Assembly: GCA_963701075.1 (NCBI GenBank)
Contig: OY969559.1
Coordinates: 1,568,001 to 1,632,000 of the forward strand
Direction of reading: 5' to 3'
From: an uncultured Nitrososphaerota archaeon
GTDB lineage: Archaea; Thermoproteota; Nitrososphaeria; Nitrososphaerales; Nitrosopumilaceae
DNA: 64,000 nt
Shown here: piece by piece, positions 8,976 through 20,082 of the stretch
Layout: every line of letters begins with the position of its first letter
Numbering within the stretch: the first letter of the stretch is position 1
Program-made: the position numbers and the translations under genes
The notes under the pieces: generated by a model
The model's database searches: none
The model's input: only the letters and a program-made list of their open reading frames with translations
What the model was told of the DNA's origin: nothing

Positions 8976-9167
8976 TTGTCCAATATAAGAAGAGATATCA
9001 ATGAATGCCCCATAACACATACAATGGTAGAAGAAAAAAAGAAAATAAAGTCAAACACGGAGGATGAGTACAACAATGCCTTGGCCTCTGACGATCCAAC
9101 CAAAATATCAAAGGACGCCCAAGAGACATTAGCACGAGAGGCAATCAAGAAATTCAAGTCTTTGTGA
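8976..9167 (+). CDS. Small hypothetical protein
   Basis: Charged short ORF; probable start at MVEEKKK. Confidence 0.5.
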   Translation: MSNIRRDINECPITHTMVEEKKKIKSNTEDEYNNALASDDPTKISKDAQETLAREAIKKFKSL

Positions 9168-9192
9168 CATACCCTATCGCTTTTATCTGGGA

Positions 9193-9823
9193 TTGAATAC
9201 CTATCATTTATTGTCTGATAACTTGGTAAATTCTGTTCAACAGATCATCATTCTTGGCAAAGGAGACCGCCTAAGATTAGAGTACATTCTCGAACTCTTA
9301 ACAAAAGGCAAAACTTTGCCCACATCGGATCAAAAATATTTGGAAAGCATCATTCCCTTGTATCTAGGCACACAAGATGCGGAATCTCTACAAAAGCACA
9401 TGGAAAACGTGATAGATACACTGCACGGAGAGATCCGGACACTCAATGAGAGACTTTCAAGGCTTGAAAGAAAAGGGTTTGAGAAATATGTTGGTAAAAA
9501 AGCAATCTTTTTCTTTGCTACTGTATTTGTGGGCTGGCATGTATTTCAGAGTCTATACAATGTCTTTTCTTGGACCATATTTGCCTTCCAACATAGAACA
9601 ATATCTATTTCCACTAAACATGTTGGCAAATAGTTTTAATGCCAACTCTTTGGTCTGGCTAGTTTTCATTTTCATGGCAGCAGCATGGCCATTTATTGGT
9701 GCTGCGTATCTGGCAAAATTCATAAAATCACACAAGAATGTTTCATGTACCGATAAGACGATAAATCGCTGCAATATACAAGAAACTGCAGGTAAGTTAG
9801 AAGGATGGGGTTGGAATATCTAA
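9193..9823 (+). CDS. Hypothetical membrane protein, +1 frameshift at AGTCT 9550-9554
   Basis: ORFs 9193-9633 and 9446-9823 join as WHVFQSYTMSFLGPY when one T is removed. Confidence 0.7.
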
Positions 9824-9914
9824 CTTTATCCTACAGTCTCTATGAGCTGTGCTGATAATATGTTATTAAGAGGATAGCATTAAGTTGCAACTATTTGCAA
9901 TCTGTATTTCCAAC

Positions 9915-10640
9915 TCACTTTAATGGAAATTGCAATTTTGCCTTCGCTGAAATAATTATGATAGAAACCATAGAGAAAATAAGAACTGCTGATACAACAG
10001 ATCCAAACTCTGGCACAGTAGGCTGCGGTCCTACATAAAATGTGTATACGGATCTCTCAAAATCCGCTGCATTTTGATTAAAACCATTCGGTGATGAGAC
10101 CATAACAAGGAAATACTGCCTGCCATCCTTTAACCAGAAGGAAAATTCTTCAGTAATTGGACTATTCTGCGTAGCTTGGTTCCCTAAGGCAGTTTGATTC
10201 TCTGCAACAACTGCTTGAATCACAAAGCCGTCAGAAAACCTCTGAATATTTTTTTGATATACAACATATTTTGATGTATCAAATAGCTTTGCAATGGCAA
10301 GATCTAGAATCTGATCATCTGGGATCGATAATACCGCGTCAGATATGGGTTTACCTTGATAAAAGTAAATTGCAAAGTTGGCCGTGCTGTTTTGATTCTC
10401 ATTTTCAAATACTGCCAATGTTGAATCTGACTGATTGGTCTGTGGCACTGGAATCCACCCAAGCGGAGGCAAAATGGAAAAGTTGTACGCAGGATCAGTA
10501 TATGTATTGGTTTGAATGTTTGCAGGGTTAAACATAGGAGTTAACGAACTCTGAGTAGTGTTTCCTTCTGCCCATGCAGGATTTGTCATCAAGAAAGTAA
10601 GGGTAACGCCCAACAGAATAGAGCAAAAAACTAATCTCAA
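9915..10640 (-). CDS. PEFG-CTERM surface protein (PsbP-like fold possible)
   Basis: Signal peptide, YTDPAYNFSILPPLGW, then VPEFG + TM + basic tail. Confidence 0.88.
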   Translation of the reverse strand: MRLVFCSILLGVTLTFLMTNPAWAEGNTTQSSLTPMFNPANIQTNTYTDPAYNFSILPPLGWIPVPQTNQSDSTLAVFENENQNSTANFAIYFYQGKPISDAVLSIPDDQILDLAIAKLFDTSKYVVYQKNIQRFSDGFVIQAVVAENQTALGNQATQNSPITEEFSFWLKDGRQYFLVMVSSPNGFNQNAADFERSVYTFYVGPQPTVPEFGSVVSAVLIFSMVSIIIISAKAKLQFPLK

Positions 10641-10722
10641 TTTAAAAGAATTTCTAGTATCTACTATAAGAAGTATGATGCACGATAATTTTGTTTTTTA
10701 AGATGGGGATTACATCAGACGT

Positions 10723-11385
10723 TCATGAAATAATTCTGTAGCATAGACAGCCGTCTCTTATTTCAGGTTTGGAAAAAGAAACAGGGTATTCTTTGACTCT
10801 GCCATCACCGTCTGGAATCAGTTTATTGTAAGGATAGTATGATAGGGATTGTGGATCTGACGGATCATCGCCTTGGCCAAACAAGAGCTGTGAGATTTCA
10901 ACATGAAATCTTATCGGATAAGGAAAATTTCCGCTCTTGTTCCACCATTCTATACCAGTGAAATGGTTTGCGCCCTCGAAAATAAACGACCTATCGTCCA
11001 CGATAAAATCAAATTTCTCAGATTTGTTTACGGTTATGTCCTTTAGAATATATGTGATGGACTTGGTAGCCGAATTCATAATTATCTGGCGCATGTAGGA
11101 ATGATCTACTTCTGGTCTTATCATAGTGAATTCATGCTGATTTATTCCTCCAAATATTGCATGAAACTTGCCGTCGTCATTAAAAGAACAGATAAGATTA
11201 AGCTCAAGTGGCACGTTTTGTCTGTTAAACAACTCTAGCAGATATAGCATCCATGACTTGTCAGGTATTTTGTTTCCAAGATCTGCGTCTAATGTTATGA
11301 TATCAGATATAGAAATAACACGTGGAGGAAAAAACACGTTTCCCCTATCTTCAATATGGCAGAAAGAGCCTACCCAAAAATGCAC
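10723..11385 (-). CDS. Hypothetical beta-rich protein (true start may be ATG 11417 after a -1 error)
   Basis: 220-aa ORF without a recognised motif. Confidence 0.7.
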   Translation of the reverse strand: MHFWVGSFCHIEDRGNVFFPPRVISISDIITLDADLGNKIPDKSWMLYLLELFNRQNVPLELNLICSFNDDGKFHAIFGGINQHEFTMIRPEVDHSYMRQIIMNSATKSITYILKDITVNKSEKFDFIVDDRSFIFEGANHFTGIEWWNKSGNFPYPIRFHVEISQLLFGQGDDPSDPQSLSYYPYNKLIPDGDGRVKEYPVSFSKPEIRDGCLCYRIIS

Positions 11386-11521
11386 ATAGGTAAATAAGAT
11401 TTGATACTATTTTTCATTTGTTATATCGTAACATGTTTTAAAATTGATTATGTGTAAAAGAAATACTCTGTTATGACATGTAATATGCGATTGAGCAGAC
11501 TTTTTATCCTATCTTGGTTGC

Positions 11522-12916
11522 ATGAATTTTATGTTAAAATATTTTTTACTTCTTTTGCTTTTTGTTCCTGCCGAATCATTTGCCTTTACAACAGGTCAGA
11601 ATGCTACTTTGGTCATAGGACATGATGATTTTGATACAGGAGGGACAATCCATGATAATGCAACATCAGACGTCCTGTATTCTCCAGACGGCGTGGCATT
11701 TGATAAATCAGGAGATCTTTGGATTGCGGATACTGGATTCAATCGTTTGCTAGAGTTTGCTCCTCCGTTTACAAGCGGTGAAGAAGCAACACTTGTACTA
11801 GGACAAGATGATTTTGTTTCCACCAGTCCTGCATTGTCTGCAACTGGTCTTGACCAACCCTATGGATTAGCATTTGATAGTGACGGAAACATTTGGGTTG
11901 CTGATACTAATAACAACAGAATAGTGGAATACAGGACACCTTTTACAAATGGCGAAACAGTCTCTCTTGTGATTGGATATCCAAGCTTTGACAAAGGCGT
12001 ATATCCAACAACTGCAGGCTCACTTGCTGCTCCATATGGACTTGCGTTTGACAAATCAGGAAACTTGTGGGCCGTGGATTATTATAACAACAGAATACTG
12101 GAATATGTTCCACCATTCAAAAATCAAATGAATGCATCACTTGAAATAGGACAGCCTGATCTTACAAGCAATTCGGATGGAACAACTGCAAATCGATTGA
12201 ATTTACCAAGTGCTATTGCATTTGATGAAAAAGGTAACCTATGGGTGACTGACAGTCTTAATAACAGGGTACTAGAGTTTTCTTATCCATTTTCTACTGA
12301 CCAATCTGCTACATTGGTAGTTGGACAAGAAAATTTTACAACAAACCTTCCAGGTGTTACTGATGATTCCATGAATACTCCATACGGAATAATATTTGAC
12401 AGATCAGGAAACTTGTGGGTTACTGATGGAAACAACGCTAGAGTCTTGGGATATACCCCACCATTTAGCAACGGTATGAGCGCGTCTCTTGTTTTAGGTC
12501 AGACAAATTTTGCTGAGATGGTTTCCGGTACATCGGCTAACCTGTTGGCTGAACCATATGATGTAAAAGTAGATAATAGTGGTAACCTTTGGGTTGCAGA
12601 CACTGACAACAACAGAGTGCTAGAATTTGCTACAACTGTCACTAGCACCCAGATTCCATCATGGGTCAAAAACAACGCCAAATGGTGGTCAGAAGACACT
12701 ATTAGCGACCAGACATTTGTAAGCGGAATTCAATACATGATAAAAGAGGGAATCATAGTTGTTCCATCTACCAATTCTAGCACTAGCCAATCACAGCAGA
12801 TTCCCTCATGGATAAAGAATTCAGCAGGGTGGTGGGCAAGCGGTCAGATATCAGACGATAGCTTTGTGAAAGGAATCCAATATCTTATCAGCAATGGAAT
12901 AATCAATGTTGGATGA
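11522..12916 (+). CDS. Secreted NHL-repeat beta-propeller with two C-terminal IPSWxKNNAxWW domains
   Basis: Six PxGxAFDxxGNLWVADxxNNR repeats and a signal peptide. Confidence 0.92.
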   Translation: MNFMLKYFLLLLLFVPAESFAFTTGQNATLVIGHDDFDTGGTIHDNATSDVLYSPDGVAFDKSGDLWIADTGFNRLLEFAPPFTSGEEATLVLGQDDFVSTSPALSATGLDQPYGLAFDSDGNIWVADTNNNRIVEYRTPFTNGETVSLVIGYPSFDKGVYPTTAGSLAAPYGLAFDKSGNLWAVDYYNNRILEYVPPFKNQMNASLEIGQPDLTSNSDGTTANRLNLPSAIAFDEKGNLWVTDSLNNRVLEFSYPFSTDQSATLVVGQENFTTNLPGVTDDSMNTPYGIIFDRSGNLWVTDGNNARVLGYTPPFSNGMSASLVLGQTNFAEMVSGTSANLLAEPYDVKVDNSGNLWVADTDNNRVLEFATTVTSTQIPSWVKNNAKWWSEDTISDQTFVSGIQYMIKEGIIVVPSTNSSTSQSQQIPSWIKNSAGWWASGQISDDSFVKGIQYLISNGIINVG

Positions 12917-13493
12917 TATTTGAGTCAGTACTAGGTTTTCTTTTTTTCCTAAAATCATTTATAGTTATTAGCGAACCTACTATCAACGTGATCATTCCTA
13001 TTATGACCATTCCAATTGCTACAGGTATGACATAGCAGTTTATTCCATTAGCAGAATCACATGTTCCACTAAGATAAGGATCTTCTCCCAATACCACGGT
13101 GACATTTACTGGCGCGTTGCCTAGGTTTAGTATGCTTAAAGAGTAATTCCCTTGTTCTTGCGGTCTTTTCTCTATGATGTGGTACACAAATCCATTGTTA
13201 CTTTCTTTTTCAAATATTTCTCCATTAGGCTCTGTTACTTGTAATTTTATCGAACCTAAGGTAGGCATTACATGAACCACAAGTACAGTGTGTTCACTCA
13301 ATTCATCCCAGGTAATTGTTGAATTTATCGATTGACCCTGCGATACTTCCGTATCTTCAATTATGTCATGTTTTGTCTTCATCATTGATTCAACTAGATC
13401 GTATGAGTTATCAAAGATGTTAGAGCCCACAACAAGCAAGACTGCTCCAATCGATACAATTATCAAGCCACGTAGAGGGCATAATTTTGCCAA
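12903..13493 (-). CDS. Hypothetical membrane protein
   Basis: N- and C-terminal TM helices around a beta-rich domain. Confidence 0.75.
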   Translation of the reverse strand: MAKLCPLRGLIIVSIGAVLLVVGSNIFDNSYDLVESMMKTKHDIIEDTEVSQGQSINSTITWDELSEHTVLVVHVMPTLGSIKLQVTEPNGEIFEKESNNGFVYHIIEKRPQEQGNYSLSILNLGNAPVNVTVVLGEDPYLSGTCDSANGINCYVIPVAIGMVIIGMITLIVGSLITINDFRKKRKPSTDSNIIQH

Positions 13494-13587
13494 ATTGCAA
13501 TTACAAAACAGATCTGCCTAATAAGAAACTACCCTGTCATTTTGAGAAATATGTCTGCAGAATCTAGCAAGATGTGAAAAATTTGCT

Positions 13588-13860
13588 TCATTCCTTAGGT
13601 TCAATAAAAGACGATATATCGATGGTGGAACAAGCGCACTTGCAATAGACATTATTCTTACTTTTGAAGGTAAAGTGTTTTTTGCCGCTTTTGTCTATTG
13701 AGCCAGACACTAGCAGTAGTTTTTTGTCACTTAGCCTCTTAACCTGTCTATATATGGTGGTCAAGGAAACATCACAGTCCTTGCTTAGTTGATAGGCACT
13801 TTTGGGAGAAGTGGCAGAACGTAGAATGTGCTTTACACTTTCATCTGAAAGTATCTTCAA
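13588..13860 (-). CDS. Winged-helix (ArsR-like) transcription regulator
   Basis: PKSAYQLSKDCDVSLTTIYRQVKRL...GSIDKSGKKHF. Confidence 0.8.
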   Translation of the reverse strand: MKILSDESVKHILRSATSPKSAYQLSKDCDVSLTTIYRQVKRLSDKKLLLVSGSIDKSGKKHFTFKSKNNVYCKCACSTIDISSFIEPKE

Positions 13861-13996
13861 TAGATGTTCTGGAATTGTCCCATCCTTTTGGTTATTTTGA
13901 GGCGTATTGATCGTGTCATATTAAATTATTACACTCCTAAAGATAAACTTGATTTAAGTGGTTGCAAACGATTGCAGAAAATGAGATAAAAAGATC

Positions 13997-15041
13997 TTAC
14001 GATGAATTAAAGTATTTTAGTGCATCCTGAATTGTGTTTATCTCAATTACTTTCATCCCGTATTTGCTCTCCATTAGTGGTGAGAGCGGTTCTTGCTCGG
14101 TAGTACACGTTTGATATGTTATAGGTCCCTCGTTTTTTTCACTGCAGTTTTGAACAGTGCTAACTGCTTGCCCTTGAGGTACAAGAAATATTTTTGCGCC
14201 ATATTGGCCTGCCGCATCAGCTTTCACGTCTGCTGCCCCTATCTGCCCGATAGTACCATCTGGCTGGATTGTACCAGTCATCAATACCTGATTGTTGATT
14301 TGTTTTCCAAGTAGTTCTGAAACCAGCAATACCGTCATAGCTCCTCCTGCACTACCACCATCAACAGCCTGCAAGTCTTGATTATTTCCAGAACTAACTG
14401 AAAAAATTACATCTTTTTTGGATAGATCTATTCCAGTAACATTTTGAGCTACCATGACAGCAGTGTGTGCAGAAGACTGGAAATCTACGCCTGTCGGAAT
14501 GGCAGTATTAACTAACACAAGTCCACTGCCATCTCGAATCTCAACTGTAATTTTCAGTATAGAGCCCTGATAGACTTGTGGTTTCAAAGAACCCATCACT
14601 TTGGATGACTGGTGTTACGGCTACAGCGGATATAGATGCGTTATTTTGATCAGTGGTCGAAGATTGTGCGGTTATGCTTCGTACCTGTTGCAATAATAAG
14701 TTGTATTTAGATTGCAGAGTATCATATCTAGTTTGAAGGTCATTTATCTTCTGCAACAACTGCTGTGAGTTTTGAGTTTGTGTTTCAGACATATTCAAAA
14801 TGTTTGGCTGAGTTTCAGAAGTATGCAACATGCCTTGGTCAATCAGATATTGAATGGCCGTCAAAAAATCAGAATCGCTGGTCTGATTCTGTGACCACCA
14901 TCGTGCAGTATTTTTAATCCAGCTTGGTATAGAAGATTCTTGAGCAGAGGCTTTTATGGAACACCCAATAGTAATAGATGCTATCAAAACTAATGATAAT
15001 GTGATAATTGCGAGCTTTTTCATAACTATGTCGCGATTCAT
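13997..15041 (-). CDS. Secreted ATP-independent Lon-type (S16) protease, +1 frameshift at AGACT 14572-14576
   Basis: Signal peptide, IPSWIKNTARWW domain, coiled coil, then DGGSAG (Ser), MTGTIQPDGTIGQIG and DVKADAA (Lys). Frames join as ETTSYQGSILKI. Confidence 0.85.
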
Positions 15042-15127
15042 TGGATAGACTCATTTTCTCAATTATAAATTTTTAGCCAGATTCTCAAAGAATGGTTGAC
15101 ACGATAATACAATCTATGTTTAGTTGT

Positions 15128-15421
15128 TTAGATTTTGTTCTTTTTCATATTGACAACAAAAGCAATTAACGAAGCTCCATAGATTGCCCCATTAATACCA
15201 TAGAACTTTATCCAATGGAAGCCAAGTTGTTGACCGCAATTTTGTGTTTTTTCTTCAGACGACCCCATCTTCACAGAATGGGATGAGAGAGGCTGGGTCA
15301 GGTTACAATCAATGTTTGCAAGTGTGTTGTACCATGCCAAAGAAAATGGAATCAAGGCTGCATATATGGCAATAAGAATAATCATCCTTAGTTTAATTGA
15401 ACGCTTGTTTTGTCTGATCAT
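15128..15421 (-). CDS. Small two-TM membrane protein
   Basis: Two hydrophobic segments flanking a loop with two Cys. Confidence 0.6.
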   Translation of the reverse strand: MIRQNKRSIKLRMIILIAIYAALIPFSLAWYNTLANIDCNLTQPLSSHSVKMGSSEEKTQNCGQQLGFHWIKFYGINGAIYGASLIAFVVNMKKNKI

Positions 15422-15442
15422 ACCATGTATACTTGTGCTATG

Positions 15443-15838
15443 CTATTCCTTTTGAGATATCATACTGGCATCATTATTTGATATCATGGTAGAGTGCATG
15501 GTGTTTCTAGCAATTATATCTGGTAACTTTAATGTCATTTCTCGTAGTTTTTTCATATCTTGTAGACCGAGTTTATCTTTTGTTACATCCTGTTTATACT
15601 GGTTCTGTTCGACATATCTTAAGATCCATTGAATTTGTTGTTTTACTTCTACTTGCAATTCCTTTGGGTCCAAAATATTGTTCCAGAATTTATTAACCAA
15701 CATTTCAGCCTTGACGCAGAGCCTGCAGATTTGTATTACAGGGCAGAATACGCTAAGCCCTCCCATGGATAATCTTCGGAGTTCCCCACAACGAGGACAT
15801 GTCTCTTGCCCGTGATCGAGAAAGTCAGACGGTTCCAT
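15443..15838 (-). CDS. Hypothetical zinc-finger protein
   Basis: CPRCG...CPVIQICRLC. Confidence 0.6.
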   Translation of the reverse strand: MEPSDFLDHGQETCPRCGELRRLSMGGLSVFCPVIQICRLCVKAEMLVNKFWNNILDPKELQVEVKQQIQWILRYVEQNQYKQDVTKDKLGLQDMKKLREMTLKLPDIIARNTMHSTMISNNDASMISQKE

Positions 15839-16119
15839 CTGGTATATCCTTAAGATTTTCTTTTCACACTATTATTTAATCTGAACTATTGAAATTTACC
15901 ACCCAGGTTTTTGCCAATCAACAGAGAAATTCTCCAAATTATAACATGGTACAAAATTTGCAAAAATTTAACATCGGACAAATAGTTTCCTACAATTTAA
16001 AATCATCAGTTTACAGAATTTATTTGCGATAGATAAGATCATCAGAACACAATTTCTCAGTTTACACACATGAGAATGACCACAATAGATAAAATCAAAG
16101 TATAACTTCTAAAAATCAA

Positions 16120-16998
16120 ATGGATCCGATAAATACTGCCGTAATTGTCAAACTTGAGCCTGATTTTTCAGAAGGAAATGTCAGTTATAACCCAGACGGC
16201 ACTCTTAATCGAGCAGAAACAAAGAACATACTGGGCCCACATAGCGCTATTGCTGTTTCTGCTGCCTTTTATGCCAAGGTAAAGTATGGTGCCAAGATCT
16301 CAATAGGCACCATGGGGCCACCTATGGCTGAATCCATGCTACAGCAAGCTCAATTGATGTCTAATGCAGACGAGCTTTGTCTTTTCAGTGACAGAATCTT
16401 TGCAGGAGCCGATACACTGGCAACTGCTGAGGTTCTCAAGGCAGGAGTACAAAAAATGCATGGAAAGATGGACATTGTATTTTCCGGGCACAGAGCCTCC
16501 GATGGCGAGACTGGACAGACAGGTCCTCAGACAGCATGGAAGCTTGGAATGACATTTCTGGGGCACGTAATAGACTACGAGATAAATCTCGAGAGCAGAA
16601 CAATCAGGGCCAAGAGACTTGTCAGAATGCAAGGAGTTTACGATGTCGTTGAAGAGATTGAAGCTCCACTTCCTGTTTTTATTGCAATAGATCCTTCATA
16701 CAAACCCAAATTCAACACAGTGTCACAACGGTTAGCTTATGAGAAATACCAAAAGGAGGCAGGCGAGCGCGCTCAAAACTTTAAACAGTATCTCAAAGTC
16801 TTCAATGCTGTACAGATAGAAGCAGACCCAACGCTTATTGGAATGTCTGGCTCTCCAACTATTGTTTACAAAGTAGAACGCATACCAAAAGGCAAGGCAA
16901 CCAGACAAGCTGAAATCATAGATGGTTCAAATCAAGAACAGATTCGCAAAGTTGTCGCAAGATTTCAACAGTCATTATCCACAGCGGTGATAAAATGA
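16120..16998 (+). CDS. fixA: Electron transfer flavoprotein beta subunit
   Basis: TMGPP, DRIFAGADTLAT, GHRASDGETGQTG and GSPT motifs. Confidence 0.92.
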   Translation: MDPINTAVIVKLEPDFSEGNVSYNPDGTLNRAETKNILGPHSAIAVSAAFYAKVKYGAKISIGTMGPPMAESMLQQAQLMSNADELCLFSDRIFAGADTLATAEVLKAGVQKMHGKMDIVFSGHRASDGETGQTGPQTAWKLGMTFLGHVIDYEINLESRTIRAKRLVRMQGVYDVVEEIEAPLPVFIAIDPSYKPKFNTVSQRLAYEKYQKEAGERAQNFKQYLKVFNAVQIEADPTLIGMSGSPTIVYKVERIPKGKATRQAEIIDGSNQEQIRKVVARFQQSLSTAVIK

Positions 16999-18179
16999 CA
17001 GAGGGAGATTACAGACATGTTTACATTGTAATAGAGCATGAAGAAGAAAAGATACTACAAGTAAGTCTTGAAATGCTCGGAGAAGCAAGAAGAATATTAG
17101 ATGATTTTAACAAGAAATACTCATCTAAAGAAAAAGTTGTTGCCGTTTTATTGGGATACAACATAAAAAACATACCAAAAACTTTGATTCAACATGGAGC
17201 AGACGCAGTAATTTGTGCAGACGATCCAGAATTAAAATATGTCAGAAATACGGTTTACACCAAGACGATATCTGAGATAGCAACAGATAGAGACATCGCG
17301 GCAAAGATAGAGCCGGAATATGCAGTACAATTCAAGAGGCCCAGATACATGTTCTTTGCAGCTGACAGCATAGGAAGACACCTTTCTGCAACAGTTTTAG
17401 CACATCTAGAGTCTGGTCTTGCATCAGACATCAACAAGTTAGTTGTAGGAGACCTTCAGATAACTCACCAAAACAAGACAGGTGGAAAACCTCTCACTTA
17501 TGAAAAAACACTTGAGATGTACAGGCCAGACTTTTCTGGATTTTTATGGACTACGATCCTTTGTCTAGATAATAAAAATCCAGCAATGCCAAGAGATTAT
17601 CACCCGCAAGCTTGCAGTATAATACCAGGAGTTTTTGAAATAATCCAACCTGACCCAAATCGCGATGGCAAGATAATTGAGTACGCACCAAAGTTTGACG
17701 AACAAGATCTAAAAGTCAAGATCATAGACCGTAAGATCATCAAGAGTGAGATTGACTTTGATAGCCACAAAACAATAGTAAGCTTTGGGCGCGGAGTCAA
17801 AGATTCGCCTGAGCAAAACATCAAGTTAATCGAACAACTTGCTGCAGAATTGGATGCACAGATTGGGATCACCCTACCGCTGTCCAAAAGGCCATTCTCT
17901 GTTAGTCAAACAGTAGATTCCACTTACCTAATACCAGATAGAGTAATAGGTACTAGTGGAAGAAAGGTTAATCCAAAATTGTACATAGCTGTTGGGATCA
18001 GCGGTGCCATGCAACACATAGCAGGTATGAAAGAGTCAGAGACAATCATTGCAATCAATCCAGACGAGAACGCATTAATCAAAGATGAATGCGATGTCTT
18101 CATAAAAGGAAGAATGGAAGATGTCATTCCAGTCCTCATAGAAGAGATAAGGAAACAAAAACAGGTCGTTCAGGCGTAA
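16995..18179 (+). CDS. fixB: Electron transfer flavoprotein alpha subunit
   Basis: VSFGRG, IGTSGRKVNPKLYIAVGISGAMQHIAGM and IAINPD; overlaps fixA. Confidence 0.92.
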   Translation: MTEGDYRHVYIVIEHEEEKILQVSLEMLGEARRILDDFNKKYSSKEKVVAVLLGYNIKNIPKTLIQHGADAVICADDPELKYVRNTVYTKTISEIATDRDIAAKIEPEYAVQFKRPRYMFFAADSIGRHLSATVLAHLESGLASDINKLVVGDLQITHQNKTGGKPLTYEKTLEMYRPDFSGFLWTTILCLDNKNPAMPRDYHPQACSIIPGVFEIIQPDPNRDGKIIEYAPKFDEQDLKVKIIDRKIIKSEIDFDSHKTIVSFGRGVKDSPEQNIKLIEQLAAELDAQIGITLPLSKRPFSVSQTVDSTYLIPDRVIGTSGRKVNPKLYIAVGISGAMQHIAGMKESETIIAINPDENALIKDECDVFIKGRMEDVIPVLIEEIRKQKQVVQA

Positions 18180-18190
18180 GGTGAGATGTG

Positions 18191-20060
18191 TTGGAAAAAT
18201 ATGATGTAGACTATAATTGGTGGAGGTTCTGCAGGCCTTGCAGCATTGAAGCATCTATCCACGTTAGGAAAGCAGGCAATTCTCTTCGAGTCAGGAAATA
18301 AGATTGGTGCTAAAAATATTTCAGGAGGCATCCTCTATTCTAAAAAACCAAAAAAAGGAAAAACATACAATGTAGAAGACATATATGAAAACTTTCTACA
18401 AGATGCGCCTTTTGAGAGAAAGATAACAAAATACATTTTACATGCGACCTCAAAAGACAAAGTCTTTTCCATAGACCTGACTGCCGCACACGAGTATGAA
18501 GCAAATTTTGGTTGTTCAGTACTTATGAACAAACTAAATCAATGGTTTTCACAGCAGGCAGAAGAAGCAGCTCAAAAACATGGTGGGGGAATAGTGACAG
18601 GAGTTCATGTTAGTTCCATAAGATGGGAAGATGGACGTACCATCATACAGACAGACGAACTTGAAGAGATTGAGGTCAAGGCAATAATTGCTGCCGATGG
18701 AGTAAACTCTGAAGTGGCAGACATGACTGGTGCACGACAGAAATTTTCTCCAAGTGAGCTCTATCAAGGAGTCAAGGTTGTTGCAAAATTACCTGAAGAA
18801 ATTATTAACCAGCGATTTTCAATCGGACAAGATGAAGGCGCCGCACACCTTTTTGCTGGAGACATCACACTAAATCACATAGGAGGAGGCTTTCTGTACA
18901 CTAATCGTGACACCCTGTCACTGGGAGCAGTATACCATCTTGACTCGCTTTTAGAAACACCAAATGAGCCTTACGAACTTGTAAACACGTTGCTGAAAAA
19001 TCCCATGATAAGTGAATTTGTCAAAGATGAAGTTCCAGTCAGAGGTGAGATCGATAGAGATGCCGCAAAAGAAGAACAGATGCGTATTCGTTTTGCAGTA
19101 ACAAAAATGATAAAGACGTGGTCAGAGTTAAGAGACATCTATTATTCCAAAAAGGAAAAAGAGAGACTAATCAAAGAAGGAAAGTATGGATCCTCAGAAG
19201 AGATAGGAACACAGTTATCGTCTCTTAGAGACCAGATGTCAACAAAATACGGTATCAAGTTTGAAACAGATTATGTTGAAGTAGAATACAGTGCAAAGTT
19301 GGTACCAGACGGAAAACGATGCAGAATGGAAAAGCCTTACTTCAAAAACATATTATTCGTAGGAGATGCAGCTGGAAGAGGCATATTTGTAGGCCCCAGA
19401 ATAGAGGGACTCAATGTTGGAATTGATGATGCAGTAAGAGCGGCAAATGCAGTTGCAAGAGCGTTAGATAAAGGAGACTTTACAGAAAAATATCTTGGAG
19501 AATACTATTCACAGTCGGTAGAAGAGAGCCCCTATACTCATGACTTGAAAGCAATAGACAAAGACTATCTGAAGATATTTCTTGATGCAGCAAAAGAAGT
19601 TCCAAAAGATATCATTAGTTCAAAATATGGCCTGGTCATAAAGATGATGTCAAGTGATACTCTGAGGAGCTTTGCAGTAGGGTTTGCAAATATTCTAGGA
19701 TATGAAAAGCTATTGCCAATCATTGAAACTGTTGACACCTATGTCAAGGTACCAACCGAACTTGCAGAAAGACTGGGCAAGAGCATATCTGCGTCTTATA
19801 CTCCAACCCTCCCATCCATTGCGCAGAGGGTAGCGAAATTAAAATTCAATGATGACAGTATTTCACACATCAAGGTACTAAAGCCCACCAGCGAATTCAT
19901 GAAAAAAATGGTAACTTTGTGTCCTACAAGATGTTATCTCATGGAAAAAGAGGGAGTCATGATACAACACGAAGGATGTGTCGAATGCGGCACTTGTTCA
20001 GAGGAGACAGACTGGAAACACCCTCGTGGAGAGAAGGGAATCAATTATCAATACGGATAG
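18191..20060 (+). CDS. fixC: FixC flavoprotein fused to a FixX-like ferredoxin, +1 frameshift at AGACT 18208-18212
   Basis: Removing one A gives LEKYDVAIIGGGSAG (FAD-binding). Also GAKNISGG, AADGVNS, VGDAAG and C-terminal CPTRCY...CVECGTC...WKHPRG. Confidence 0.9.
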
Positions 20061-20082
20061 ATGATCACAATTGTTTCAAATT

